The notes under the pieces: model-generated | Told to the model about the DNA's origin: nothing | Databases searched by the model: none | Seen by the model: only the letters and a program-made list of their open reading frames with translations | Program-made: the position numbers and the translations under genes | Assembly: GCF_018977255.1 (NCBI RefSeq) | Contig: NW_024704742.1 | Coordinates: forward strand, 15,564,001-15,628,000 | From: Callorhinchus milii | Taxonomy: Eukaryota | DNA length: 64,000 nt | Direction: 5' to 3' | Shown here: piece by piece, positions 24,701-36,009 of the stretch | Position numbering within the stretch: position 1 is the first letter of the stretch | Layout of the letters: each line of letters begins with the position of its first letter

Positions 24701-25811
24701 TCAGGGAGAGTGAAGGGCAGGGGATGAAGGAGGGTGACCGAAGGCACGGTTGAAGAGGAGGGATTTGAGACGGGTATTGAAGGAGGCAAGGAAAGGGGCA
24801 AGGCAGATGGAGTGTGGGGGCAGAGTGGCTGAAGGCCCATCCGTCAATGGTGGGGTGGGCAAGGTAGGGAACGTGAAGCAGGCCAGAGCGGAGGGAGTGG
24901 AGGAAGCGGGCAGATTGGTAGGGGGTTAGGAGATCGCAAGGGTAGGGGGAAGCAAGGCCATTGAGGGTTTTGAAGGCGAAGACCAGGATCTTCAACTGTA
25001 TCCTCTGTGTGATGGGATGTCAGTGGAGTCGGGCGAGGATAGGGGTGACAGGGTCACGGAGCCTGGTGCGGGAGAGGACATGGGCTCCTTCCATAGGCTG
25101 CAGATCATCATCTCCACATCTCCACAAACGGTTGGCTCCCTTGGCTATCTGACTACTGAGTCAAGCCAATTCTCACCAACGTCCATATGTGCACCTGTTG
25201 CAGAGTTGGAAGGCAGAGATAATAAGCAGGAATCCAGACTGATTTTCCTTTCCCTGATATTAAGATCAATAGTAGCACCCCAGCTGCTGCACTGGCTGAA
25301 TTCAATCAACTCGGCAATGGCTAGGATTTGAATCTCTCATTATCATATTATTTTTATTCTCTCAATCTTCCAGTTAGTATGGCCCAGTGTTGTAACAGGT
25401 GGTGCCTTAATCCACTCGGCCATTGGAAAAACTATGGTTATAGTTTTAACAAATACAGTTTAAATAAAAGCTTGTTTTTGCAAAGCATTGCAACAGCTCA
25501 ACAATCTCCCATTAAAACTCTTAGTACCTAGTTTCTCCTGCCACTCTCATTATAGATAAGATGAACAAAGTCATTTGGTTACTTTAATCAAGAATCTTTA
25601 AACATCTGGAACACAACTGTCTACTTTCACTTCTGCATTTTACAGGAAGAACATGCTATGCGCAACCAGCTTGGTTGAAGTAATTCAACCAATGCTGCAT
25701 TTCTTTTGCAACATAGTTGTAATGTATCTACAAGACGTGTCTGTAAATGCTTGCTGCTGAATTTTACTAATATCAACTTAATGTAGAGAATTCCAAAATA
25801 TTGCCTATAAT

Positions 25812-26690
25812 GTGACCTGGGTTAGATTCCCGGCAGGTCAAAACCTTGGGCAAGTTTCCTTACTCCACATGCCTGATAACAATCCTTCAAGAGAAAAAAA
25901 TAATAAATTGGTCACTTCAATCCACGACTGTTTGTGGGACACTGCTGTGCGCAATTGCTGCCGCGTTTCACCCACAAATATACAGTCAATTCACTTTACA
26001 GTATATTCTGTGAAGGGTGTTAAGACGTCTAAAAGACACGAAAAGCGCTATATCAAATGCAAGGATTATTATTACTATTATTATTATTATTACTATGCGC
26101 TACATTCTTTGAATATGAGTGATGGCAGTGGGATTTCTCACAGAAAAAGAAAAAACTCCCACAATCTGTGGATGTATTGCTCTCAGGTATTCTGACTCAC
26201 TTTCTAGTAGCTGATTGAAGAGCAGTATTGACAGAGGTCAAGTCCCTGCCCTTTCGACTTGTGCTTGATAAATAGAGGCTTGAAGAAGGAAGGCAAGAGG
26301 GAGGAAGAATAGGAATGTGGGGGAGAATAATACTAATTAATAATGATAATCCTTGCATTTCATATAGCATCTTACCATGTCATTGAGACGTCTCAAAGCA
26401 CTGCATGGGATAGACTGTAAATAATAGTAAAATAATAATAATGCTTGCATTTGATATAGTGCTTATCACGTGTTCGACATGTCTCAAAGTCCTTCACAGA
26501 ATATAGTGTAAAGTGAATTGACTGTATATTTTTGTGGGCAAAACACGGCAGCAAATTGCACACAGCAGTGTCCCACAAACAATCGTTGATTAAGTGACCA
26601 AATTATTACCTATGGCAAAGCGATCTGCCAATCGACTGCTTACTGCTAACTCGCCCAACGTTTCACCCTGCTGGGAATTGAACCCAGATC
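25812..26690. mobile_element. Tail-to-tail SINE cluster (plus about 25812-26092, minus pieces about 26335-26690)
   Basis: Family body tgtgggacactgctgtg and (ATT)n tails on both strands. Confidence 0.8.
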
Positions 26691-26959
26691 ATCCCACTTG
26701 CACAGCACTGCTTACTTAAAATACATATCGCAGGAAGATCATAGCACCCACCCCATAACAGGCAGTTTGGGGGTTGAGAAAAGGGGAAAGTTCAGCCATA
26801 TAAGTTCTGAGTGTTCCTTTAAGTTAAACAGTACTTTGAAACTGTCCAGCGCTTCTATAATCTCTCAGTTATCAGGACCTGAAAGAGCAGACACTGGGGG
26901 CAGAGAGTCAGTCATCCCACTCAGCTCCTGTAACCCTGCAAGCCAAAGCCCTAACCGGG

Positions 26960-27288
26960 TAGGGTGGTCCTAGCTAGACAAGCAGTGTGAAAGCTTGCCG
27001 GACAGCAAAATCAATAGCAAGCTGTGTGGTTTCAGCAGGTTAGACTCCAGCAGTACCCACTACGCACACTCTGGGGTCTCCAAGCCTCGTCCTTTACCAA
27101 TCCGGGCCTAATACTTTCCGGGATTAGGTAAGCAGGATGTATCCCTCCTCGGAGTGATGCACATTCCATTCCGACAATCTGTCTCTGGGATTATGTGTGG
27201 GTGAGATGCATGGAAATCTCAACTTGGTTAGGATACTCTTAAGCATGGTGATGGTTTTCTGCATGTGTCTGCAGCTGACCAAAAAAAA
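26960..27288 (-). repeat. Unclassified interspersed repeat; other copies at about 1112-1205, 53081-53178 and 54845-55140, all on +
   Basis: Shared core TGTCAGCTGGGTGTCTGAC..AAACCATCACCATGCTTAAGAGTATCC; 54845-55140 also aligns with the reverse complement of 26960-27170. Confidence 0.7.
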
Positions 27289-27509
27289 TCAAGTTATAAA
27301 AGTATTAAGATTTCCATCCTGTGGCAGAATATTGATACTGCAGATTTTTGAAAAGCTTAACTAGTGATGGCAATCGCACTTTCTGTAGATCAACTCTTCA
27401 CTCCCTTACTCTCTATCCTCGCCCCAAAAATAGAGTATATAGCCCTTTAAACTTTGCCATATTTACCCTTTGTTTACCAGCGAATAAACATTGTTAGCCA
27501 ACATAACCT

Positions 27510-29276
27510 ATGGGAGAGAAAAAAAGGGTGAGGTTCATACTAGTAGAAATAAAAAATAATAAAGGGCAGAAAATATTAATGGGAGTGGTTTATAGACCCC
27601 CAAACAGCGATCACAATATAGCACAGGATATTAATCAAGAAATCAGTGGAGCATGTACGAAAGGTAAAGCGATAATAGTGGGTGATTTCAATCTCCACAT
27701 AGATTGGGAAAACCAAATCGGCAAAAGTAGGTCAGAAGAAGAATTCATTGAATGTATGAGAGATAACTTTCTAGAGCAGCATGCCGAGGAACCGACTAGG
27801 GGACAGGCCATCCTAGACCTTGTTTTGTGTAACAAAGTTGGCAGTGTAGGCAAGTTGGTAGTGTAGGTATTAAGAATCCTCTAGGGCAGAGTGATCACAA
27901 TATGATTGAATTCTGCATTAAGTAGAGAGGGATATAGTTAAATCCGAGGCAAGTATTCTGAATTTAAATAGGGCTAATTTTGTAGGTATGAGGAAAGATT
28001 TAGGTAAAATAGACTGGAGAATAAGATTAAGAGGTAAAAATGTAGACCAACAGTGGCAAATATTTAAGGATGTAGTGCAAAATTCTCAGCGGTCGCATAT
28101 TCCCTTGCGGAATAAGAGTACCACAGGGAAAGCAATTCATCCGTGGCTAACTAGAGCAGTTAGGGAAAGCATCAAATTAAAAGAAAAGGCTTATAAAACT
28201 GCCAAGAAAAGCAGCAAATCTGAAGATTGGGAGAGTTTTAGAAACCAGCAAAAAAAACTTAAAAAACTCATTAAGAGCGAGAAAAAGGAGTATGAGGGTA
28301 AGCTAACTAACATTAAGTCTGATTGTAAAAGTTTTTACAAATATATTAAGCGGAATAGGTTAGTGAGGGTAAATGTAGGTTCACTTCAGTCAGAGACGGG
28401 AGAAGTTGTAATGGGGGATAAGGACATGGCAGAGTCCCTAAATGGGTACTTTGCATCTGTCTTCACCCTAGAAGACACAACAAGTCTGCCAACAATAGGG
28501 ATGCACCAAGGGATAAGGACAGGGAGCAACTTAGGGAAATTTTCATTAGTAGAGAATTGGTGCTAGGGAAACTGTTAGCACTAAAAAGTGACAAATCCCC
28601 TGGTCCGGATGGCTTGCATCCCAGGGTTTTAAAAGAGGTAGCTTATGAGATAGTGGAGGCCTTATGTCTGATCTTCCAAAATTCCTTGGATTCTGGAACA
28701 GTTCCCATGGATTGGAAGATCGCAAATGTCACACCACTATTTAAAAAAGGTGGAAAGGAAAAGATGGGGAACTATAGGCCAGTTAGTCTCACATCAGTGA
28801 TAGGAAAAATTTTAGAATCGTTGATTGAGGCTGTGGTAGTGCGGTATTTAGGGGACACAATATAATTAGGCCAAGTCAACATGGCTTTACAAAAGGGAAG
28901 TCGTGTTTGACAAACCTCATAGAGCTTTTTGAGGATATTTCGAGTAAACTAGATAAGGGTGAATCAGTGGATGTGGTCTATTTGGACTTCCAGAAGGCAT
29001 TCGATAAGGTGCTGCATAAAAGGTTAGTCCAAAAGATAAGGGCCCATGGAATTGGGGGGAGCATATTAACGTGGATTGGGGAATGGTTAACAGGTAGGAA
29101 ACAAAGAGTAGGGATAAACGGGTCCTTTTCAGATTGGCGGGATGTGACTAGTGGAGTGCCACAAGGATCAGTCCTTGGGCCTCAGCTATTTACCATCTAC
29201 ATCAACGATCTAGATGAAGACATCGAAGTTAATATATCTAAATTCGCGGAATGGCGAACTTCTGTTCCTATGTTCC
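27510..29276 (+). mobile_element. CR1 LINE, 5'-truncated and internally deleted
   Basis: Endonuclease (YRPP, GDFN, LDLVL), KSPGPDG and RT up to SKFA, then a direct jump to the 3' tail ttctgttcctatgttcc. Confidence 0.93.
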
Positions 29277-29599
29277 AAATGATATTGATTTCTGTAGAGA
29301 GCTCCTTGGGCCCTGTTAGTTTAACCTTCTGATGACCACAGCATCTTCTGAAATTTATATTGGCTTATAGTTATAATTCTCCATTTTCTTCATTTTCATT
29401 TTCACATTTTCCCACTCATCTTGAGAATTTGCAAGTCAATTTGCTTCATGGCCAGTTGAAAGGTGCAGGTAAGTTCGTTTTCATGATATATCCAATATTT
29501 TACTTATGGGGATGTGGAGAGTGCTACATTATACATTATAAGCGGACTGCTGAAATAAAGGTCCATTATTCACCTTTTGCATGGGAAGCTGCTGGTATA

Positions 29600-30400
29600 C
29601 TGAAAGTATAATATAATCCGTGTGATGATATAAACCAGTGTTTTATTATTAGGAGTTTACTGTACGTGGATGATACTTTAGGTAGTATTAGCAATTGAAG
29701 AAGGCAATAAAGATGACAACAGACAAAAGGCAAAAGAGAATGAGATGGAATACAATGCATGAGAAATAGCAAAAACAACCAAACAAGAGAAACAATGGGA
29801 TAGGATCTAGTAAGCCAAACAATAACCAAGATGTTACAAGACAGAATGCCTAAAGCAGGAAGTCACACTGTACTGGGAACACTGAAATGAAATGTACCAA
29901 CAATGAGTAATATTGTGCAGAGGAGATTGAATCAGAATTCCAAAAAGTTGAGAGGGCAATTTTTGAAGGACATATACAAAGGTCACAAGAGATTGGAACG
30001 AGCAAAGAGAAGAGTGAGAGGTATTTTAGCATGGAATTAGTAGTCAAACGGAAGACATCAGAAAATGTGTGCCAGGTGTCAAAATAATGACAAGAATTCA
30101 TAATGTAGCATAGAAGACCCTGGCGTGGATGAAAGTTGAAACACATATTTTTTTATTATAAAGAAAGTGACTACATTATCATTGTCGATTACACATCACA
30201 ATATTTTCCATATGCAAAGTTAAAGATACCACAGCAGAGACAGTGAGAAATAATACAAAATAAATTCTAGCGCAGGATGGAATTCCCAGAATTATGATAA
30301 GCGACAAGTGGCCACAGTTCAAAAGTAAACTGTAAAAGATTCACAAAGTGATGGGGAATAAGGAACAGAACAGTTGCACCAGAATAACCCCAGAGCAACA
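29600..30400 (+). mobile_element. Decayed Ty3/Gypsy-type pol remnant (RNase H end and integrase)
   Basis: Frameshift-tolerant translation gives ILCRGD*IRIP..LRGQFLKDIYKGHKRLERAKRRVR, then RPW, DYIIIVDYTSQYF, DTTAETV, GIPRIMISDKWPQF, WGI and PQSN. These follow the order of the Gypsy integrase consensus (HxGHxG; GIPxxIxSDNGPQF; PQSNG). Confidence 0.75.
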
Positions 30401-30764
30401 GAATTTGTGATTTTGTTTAGAAGATTAATATTGTAACAACACATGCCCCCCTCAAACAAATATAACTTGTAAGTGCTATTTATTGAGGGGGCATAGAGTG
30501 CTGTTGGTACCCCATGACAACCGTGCTGCCTCCTTCCTGCTCTCCCCCATCTTCCCCTCCCCCCTCCCCTGCTCCTCGAAATTAGAGGGTATGTTGTAAA
30601 GAGGACACATTTTTTAACTTATTTCTCGTTCACTAACAATGGTCCAGCCATTGTGCCAAAGTCAAGAGGGGGATGGCCTTACCCTGGCTCCAGTTGATAT
30701 GGAATTGTTATAGTGTATTTCTAAACAGGTCAATTCCACTGAGTGTAGATTTAGTTCATTTATG

Positions 30765-31466
30765 TAATAATAACAATAATAATAATAATCCTTGCATTTG
30801 ATATAGTGCATTCACATCAGGAGGACGTCCCAAAGCTCTTCACAGAATACACTGTAAAGTGAATGGACTGTATACTTGTGGGCGAACCCGGCAGCCAATT
30901 GCGCATAGCAATGTCCCACAAACAGTCGTAGATTGAAAATGACCAATTTATTATTGTTTTTGGTTTTTTGGAGGGATTATTATTAGGCATGTGGAGTAAG
31001 GAAACTTGCCCAAGGTTTCGCTGAGCTACAGGACTCCACGAAATGTAGCATTTTAGGGTGTCCAAGGCTTTGGCAAATTCTTTAACACAGCCTTAATTCT
31101 GACGCTGTTTAAGTGTCACTTCTTTAAGAGTGAAATGGAGTGGAGTCCTGTAGCTTAGTGGTAAGAGTACTTGCCTCACAAGCGAGAGAAGCTAGGGTAA
31201 GTTTGCTTACTCCACACGCCTCTGTTTACCTAGTAGTAAGTAGAAACCTGGTTGTTAGTCGGTCGGTGGATTGCTTTTCTGGGGATTATAATTCCTTAAA
31301 AAAAAATATTCACTCAATCCAGGACTGTTTGTGGGACACTGCTGTGTGCAATTGGTTGTCACATTTCGCACACAAAATCTACAGTCAATTCACTTTAAAG
31401 TATATTCTGTGAAGTGCTTTGAGATGTCTCGTAGATGTGCTATTTCAAACGCAAGGATTATTATTA
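30765..31466. mobile_element. Head-to-head SINE pair (minus about 30765-31037, plus about 31142-31466)
   Basis: gagctacaggactcc and ggagtcctgtagctt heads about 105 bp apart, tails pointing outward. Confidence 0.85.
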
Positions 31467-31769
31467 ATATTAATTGACTTCAAGTGAGTGATGGCAGGGA
31501 CGTCACGAAGGATATCAAAGGCATGCCTGATCTTGATGGAGCAACTGACTGTGTACAATGCTGTGTTGTGGCAATTTGATTTCATCCACGAGATGGAACA
31601 TTGCTCTTTTGAATAATGAGAAACATCTAAGTGTGTTTTAACTACAGAGTAGCAAGCAACATGTCAACAATAGTGACTAAAGCACCACTACCTTTATTAG
31701 TCAGTCAACATATTCAGTGCATCCAGCTTTTCACTGTTCATTGCGTTCTTCATTATATGCTTGCCAACA

Positions 31770-32140
31770 ATTAACAACAACAACTTGCATTTATGTACAA
31801 CAACAACGTGCACTTAAATAGCGCCCTCTACGCAAGGCAGCATCTTGGAGCTTAACAATGGAGGAGCCTGACTCCGAGCCAAGGATGGGGGTGGGGGAGG
31901 AGATTGTAGGCACAAGTGAAAAGGAAGGTTTTAAGGTGGGAGTGAAAAAGGGGCGAGAGGTGGCAAGACGGAGGGATTGAGGGAGCGTGTTCCAAAGTTT
32001 TTGGGCATAGTGGCTGAAGGTGTGACCTCCAAATATGGAGTGGAGGGTGCGAGGGACAAGCAGGAGGCCAGTGCCAGTCGAGTGGAGGCACCGTGGGTGG
32101 ATTGGGGAGTGAGGAGGTCGGAGAGGTAGGGAGGTGCCAG
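31770..32140 (-). mobile_element. L2 3' fragment
   Basis: (CAA)n tail with a duplicated start; LAPPYLSDLL on minus. Confidence 0.8.
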
Positions 32141-33123
32141 TGATTGAGATATAGCACTCTTCACTTTGTATTATCTGAAGAAGTAATACAGAACAGATAT
32201 GTTATTTCTTTAAGAGTTAACACAATACACCTTTTGAATTGAGAACTGAAAAGAACCATGTACTGAATAAGTTAACTGAATAATAAAAGTAGTGGTACTT
32301 TAGTCACTGTTGTTGATTTACCTGGACTATAAATTTTCCTAAGACTATAAAGTAGGGTGGTGTGATTTACAATAGATTATTGTTACAATAGCTAATAATA
32401 TACTAAATGTAATCCTGTTTCGATATGCCTGAAAATGATGGATCTGTGTTTCAGGAACAAATATAACAAGCTTCAAGCATCTGTTGGACAAATTGTATTT
32501 CTAGCAATAAGAGGCAGCAAGCATTAGTGTTGTGTCGAGGGTTAGGATGTGTTTGTAGTCAATTATCAATCCCAGCTGCAGCATTTGGGTAGCTAGGGAA
32601 TGGAGGCCACACACAATGAGTAAAAATCAGAGCCAGGCCAAGTTGCCCTCATTCACCTTTTAGTTGTCAAGTAGAGAGAAACATTGGCGAATGCCTCCTT
32701 ACACAAGGGTAGGTCACCAACCAATCTTTAAGCCAAGAATAGCAAGCAGCAAAGGGAAACCAAAATAAGCAGTTTGCAAGAAAATAACAAACCCCATACA
32801 AACTCCACGAGTTAGACAATCATTTTCCTCAAAGCTTCCCCAAAGTCTTATCAAAGATGTAACACTGAATTTGTTTGACAGGATGATTTGCATATGGCCT
32901 GTGAAGGGAACTAGGTGCACTGCATCACATACTGATTGATGCTCTGAGTTCTGCAAGGGGGCAGCAGAGGATTACAACTGAATAATTATGCTGCCCTTCT
33001 CCTTGTGATTCTCAGTTGATTTCAAGTCAAGTTAAGCGTTTTTTGTTCCACAGCAATTTAAGACAAACAAAGTTTATGTGCAGTATCTTCAAATTTAGTA
33101 CAAAGCCAAATTAACAGTTTCAA

Positions 33124-33181
33124 ATAACATATTGGATTTGATTGGTTTTGAGATAACATATTGGATTTGATTGGTTTTGAG
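33124..33181. repeat. Perfect 29-bp tandem duplication
   Basis: ATAACATATTGGATTTGATTGGTTTTGAG twice. Confidence 0.92.
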
Positions 33182-35581
33182 ATACTTGTTTTTACTTCAG
33201 TTCATATTTAATTAACAGATCAAACACCAGAGGTTTGGTGTTGCTCCAATGAGATCCAAAATGATGACTTCCCTTTACTGTTTAAACCTTCTTTCTAATT
33301 ATTTACATGATCCAGTTGGACAACAATGCTTCCTCTGTCAATGTGTACATCACAGAGTTTATGATTAAATTCAAACTTTAAAAATAAATATAATAATGGG
33401 TGGGCCAAACAGATTTTTTTAATATCCAAATATGCTTCACCCATCCTTTTATACGTAAGATGACATTTCTGAAGTATCATAACTGATTCAAAGTAATAAT
33501 TAATAATGTTGTATTTGATATAGCACCTTTCAGGATGAGACGGTGTCTCAAAGCACTTCACTGAATTTACTGCAACGTGGTGTACTTTGTAGCAAACAAT
33601 TACATTTAATTAATGGAAATGTGGTGGAAGGTATAAACTTTTTGAACTCTATGCATTTCCAGCACTGTGTGTTTGCACTGGGATCAAAATACGTAGGTGC
33701 TTGAATCTATTCTATAAAATTGTGAAAAGTTATTGAAATATTTAAATCTTTTACAGCATATAACAACAAAAACTGCATTTGTATACAGTGTCCTTCATGT
33801 GAGGTAGCATCTCGGAATGCGTAGCCATAGTGATAAAACTAGCTCAAGTGCACCATTAAGAGATTTTGACAGACCTGAACTTCATTTCCCTTCTGTTAGT
33901 ATAAAGGGATGAAAAATGTGATGTGAAGCACCAATCTGCTTCATGTCCTTTGCCCTAACCATCCCATATATACAAATATATATATATATATATACAAATA
34001 TACAGTCAATTCACTTTACAGTGTGTTCTGTGAAGCGCTTTGGGACGTCCTCCCGACGTGAAAAGCGCTATATCAAATGCAAGGATTATTATTATTATTA
34101 TTATTATTGTTGAGCAGACTTTCAACCATTCTGTCTTCGCTCTCTGGAACTCAATCTTGGAGTCTGTCTGACTAGCTCTCTCCCTCTCTCACCTCTTTGA
34201 AGGCAGGTCTCTTAAGGCATATTTTAAGGCAAACAAAATTTTGGGACTGCCGATCTGTTAAAAAACATCGGAATTTCAGTCGATCTTAACAGCTTAAACA
34301 CAATAATGTAACCCGCATACCACAGAATGATAGAGCACCAACTTGCCACCTTACTTTCGATTTTGTCTTTGCGCTCTGGTGGGCGACATGTTAATTGAAT
34401 GCCAGGCACAGGAATAGAGTTACACATCTGTCCATATTTTAGTAACTGACCTTAGAAGCCTGTGAGCAAGTCACTTGCTCATCCCTTGGCTGAAAAATGA
34501 TGTGACTTGCTCAAAGCAATCTAGAGCATGTATGAAGCAAATTAAATGAGGCATGACAAATTAAAAACTGGTATAGTTCATTCCATTGTCATTCACAAAT
34601 AATGCCACAATAATATTCGGCAGTAAAAACAAATCTATCCTTAAAATATTAATTTCCTGTGGTCCATTTTATGATGTTTTCTTTTTAAATCTCAGTGAAT
34701 GTTATTTTTATGAGAAACTGTTTGAAATTTAAAGGAAAGTCACTGTTCACAGGGAACATGATACAAGTCAAAGTAAACTAAAAGTAATTCTGGTTTAGAG
34801 GTGGCTATGAATGTCCTCCATTCACTTTGTGTGGTTCTATGGCAATGTTAGCCACAAAATCAAGATCAGACACAGGTTAGTATTCAAACACAGTATTTTT
34901 GCTTTCCTTTGCTTGCTTTATGCATGAATAGAAATGTCCACATCCATAACCTGATCCTTTCTTGTCATGTATGTCTACAATAGTAAAGGGAACAGCTGTG
35001 GAAGGTAGACAAGCTTCTAGTAAATTTTACTGAGCTGCTGGTTTTGTAGTTAATTACGCTGGTGTGATATCCAACTTGCTACAAATTGAACTAACTTGAC
35101 TTCAACAACCTACAGTATCCAAAAAATATCTGCAGCAAGTTTTAAAATATCAGACATAACTAAAATGCTACCAAGTAACAAGTAATGTTTGGAAATTTGT
35201 TGTGCATCATATCTCCATTGCCTTTTTATAGCTTTAATTGAAGTGATTCTTCATTCAGGCACTTTGGGGTTTGAATCATTGATTTGTAAGCATTGGACTT
35301 CTCCAAAGAAATTCATAATGATGAAGACCGTTCCAATCACACCTACACAGCATCTCATAAAAAAATTTGAACATATTATTAACTTGGAAAAAAATGTTTG
35401 TTGTTAACATTTAATGCTGGATTTTCCACTTTCCTCAACACTTATTGAAGGTCATTTATTAATGTGCATGTATATCAATAGTATGAACTGTATATAAGGG
35501 CAAAAATATCATGTTTTGGAGAATATGTTTAGGAATTTTGTATTATGTAACTTTTTATATATTTTGATATACAGCAACATA

Positions 35582-36009
35582 CAGTAAACTCTGGATAACT
35601 CGTCACTCCAAGGGAAAAGGGTCCAGTGACAAATGATCTGTGACGAGTTAGCCTTTAGACCTTGCCTTATCCTCCCAGGCCACTCTCTCTTGTTCACTGA
35701 TCTGAGCATGCGGGCCCAACCACTGCTGAGCACCACACAAGTCACAATTTAAGGTGAGAGGCCATGGAACACCCTCCAATAGACCCCAGGCCTCTGCCAT
35801 CTTATAAGGATGAGTTATTGATTAATTGTACTTTAAAATATTTACAAGAATTACTACAAATGTGATGAGTTATGTGTCAAGCAGAGTGATGAGTAAAACA
35901 GTGTCTCTTATTAATAGTTTATATGGAGAAGCAGTCGGGATAGTGACGGCATGACGACTTAAGTGATAGTAACAAGTTGCGATAGGGTAAAGTTATCCGG
36001 CGTTTATTG
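35582..36009. mobile_element. Tc1/mariner-pogo (Tigger-like) non-autonomous DNA transposon
   Basis: Left TA|CAGTAAACTCTGGATAACT versus right-end reverse complement CAATAAACGCCGGATAACT (16/19); repeated internal GAYGAGTTA motifs. Confidence 0.7.

Larger units (their letters stand above)
19695..25090 (-). mobile_element. Series of separate L2 3' fragments (about 19695-20100, 20885-21125, 21795-22160, 22728-23335, 24595-25090)
   Basis: Each starts on + with a (CAA)n-like tract and a tatagcgcc/atagcacc tail, followed by G-rich antisense L2 ORF2 end (HWLP, GGRAFS). Confidence 0.8.

Noticed and set aside
30443..30494. Short hairpin ATGCCCCCCTCAA..TTGAGGGGGCAT after the Gypsy remnant
   Set aside because: Arms of 12-13 bp with an indel and low complexity; no LTR, TIR or TSD context could be established.
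22582..33181. CRISPR-like reading of short spaced repeats and recurring SINE tails
   Set aside because: Eukaryotic context, too few and too short units, irregular spacing and no cas genes.
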